Below are positions 63,844 to 64,000 of a stretch of 64,000 nucleotides of DNA, in pieces. Made by a program: the position numbers and the translations under genes. The DNA is from Bacteroidetes bacterium UBA6161 (GTDB taxonomy: Bacteria > Bacteroidota > Bacteroidia > NS11-12g > UBA955). The stretch spans positions 83,799-147,798 of the forward strand of contig DIUJ01000049.1 in assembly GCA_002422315.1 (NCBI GenBank), read 5' to 3'. Under the pieces are notes generated by a model. It did no database searches. It saw only the letters and a list, made by a program, of their open reading frames with translations, and was not told where the DNA came from. Positions within the stretch are counted from its first letter, which is position 1; every line of letters begins with the position of its first letter.

Positions 63844-64000
63844 TTAGTGGTTTTTGTTACTTTTAATATGTGATACTAATTTTTCAATTAAATCTATACT
63901 ATTTATAGTGCAATTTTGGAAATTTCCACTTTGGGAACAATTTGTAAAATTAAATACTTGATTGGGGGATGAAAAAAGTAGGTTTATAGGTTCTATATTT
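63844..64000 (-). CDS. Possible 3' end of a gene running off the window edge
   Basis: Open frame of 51 codons from the edge down to TAA (63844-63846). No recognisable motif. Confidence 0.2.
   Translation of the reverse strand, partial: NIEPINLLFSSPNQVFNFTNCSQSGNFQNCTINSIDLIEKLVSHIKSNKNH

Noticed and set aside
1-64000. rRNA, tRNA, tmRNA, transposase, integrase or prophage content
   Set aside because: I scanned the intergenic gaps by eye and found no cloverleaf-compatible or rRNA-like sequence. I found no ORF with transposase or recombinase motifs. Absence by eye is not proof; tRNAscan-SE, Infernal and ISfinder would settle it.

Overview
AT-rich chromosomal segment, roughly one-third GC by eye, that looks like a Bacteroidota (Flavobacteriia/Cytophagia-like) genome. 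Supporting signs are several proteins with T9SS C-terminal sorting domains, many lipoprotein and secreted ORFs, and TAnnTTTG-type -7 promoter boxes in front of several genes. Housekeeping blocks are purH, mreB-mreC-mreD-mrdA, ppk1, parC, a DPP-IV plus POT peptide-uptake pair, and an RsmF-like methyltransferase. These alternate with accessory patches. (1) 1-2342: three tandem 249-aa T9SS-cargo paralogs, two of them in an ~804-bp tandem duplication with a sharply diverged centre and a 17-bp inverted repeat bracketing the start codon. (2) 2681-6476: a four-gene, translationally coupled phenolic-lipid-type operon (UbiA prenyltransferase, type III PKS, methyltransferase, FAD oxidoreductase; srsABC-like). 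(3) 6.6-10.7 kb: a same-strand, cassette-like run (lipoprotein; Fic with wHTH; MORN/YwqK lipoprotein plus membrane protein) in which each unit is followed by a copy of a ~100-250 bp non-coding repeat. The Fic promoter is embedded in six CGTATC iterons. (4) 10.7-15.1 kb: a two-SGNH plus MBOAT O-acylation module. (5) 43.6-45.6 kb: a low-GC islet with a DpnI-like methyl-dependent endonuclease and a coupled small ORF. It sits behind a 31-codon fossil of a dam-type methylase gene and its promoter, and it overlaps convergently with a phage-type N6-adenine methyltransferase. I consider this the most interesting locus. No rRNA, tRNA, CRISPR array, transposase or integrase was recognised. All functional calls rest on motif recognition by eye and memory of protein families; no database search was run.
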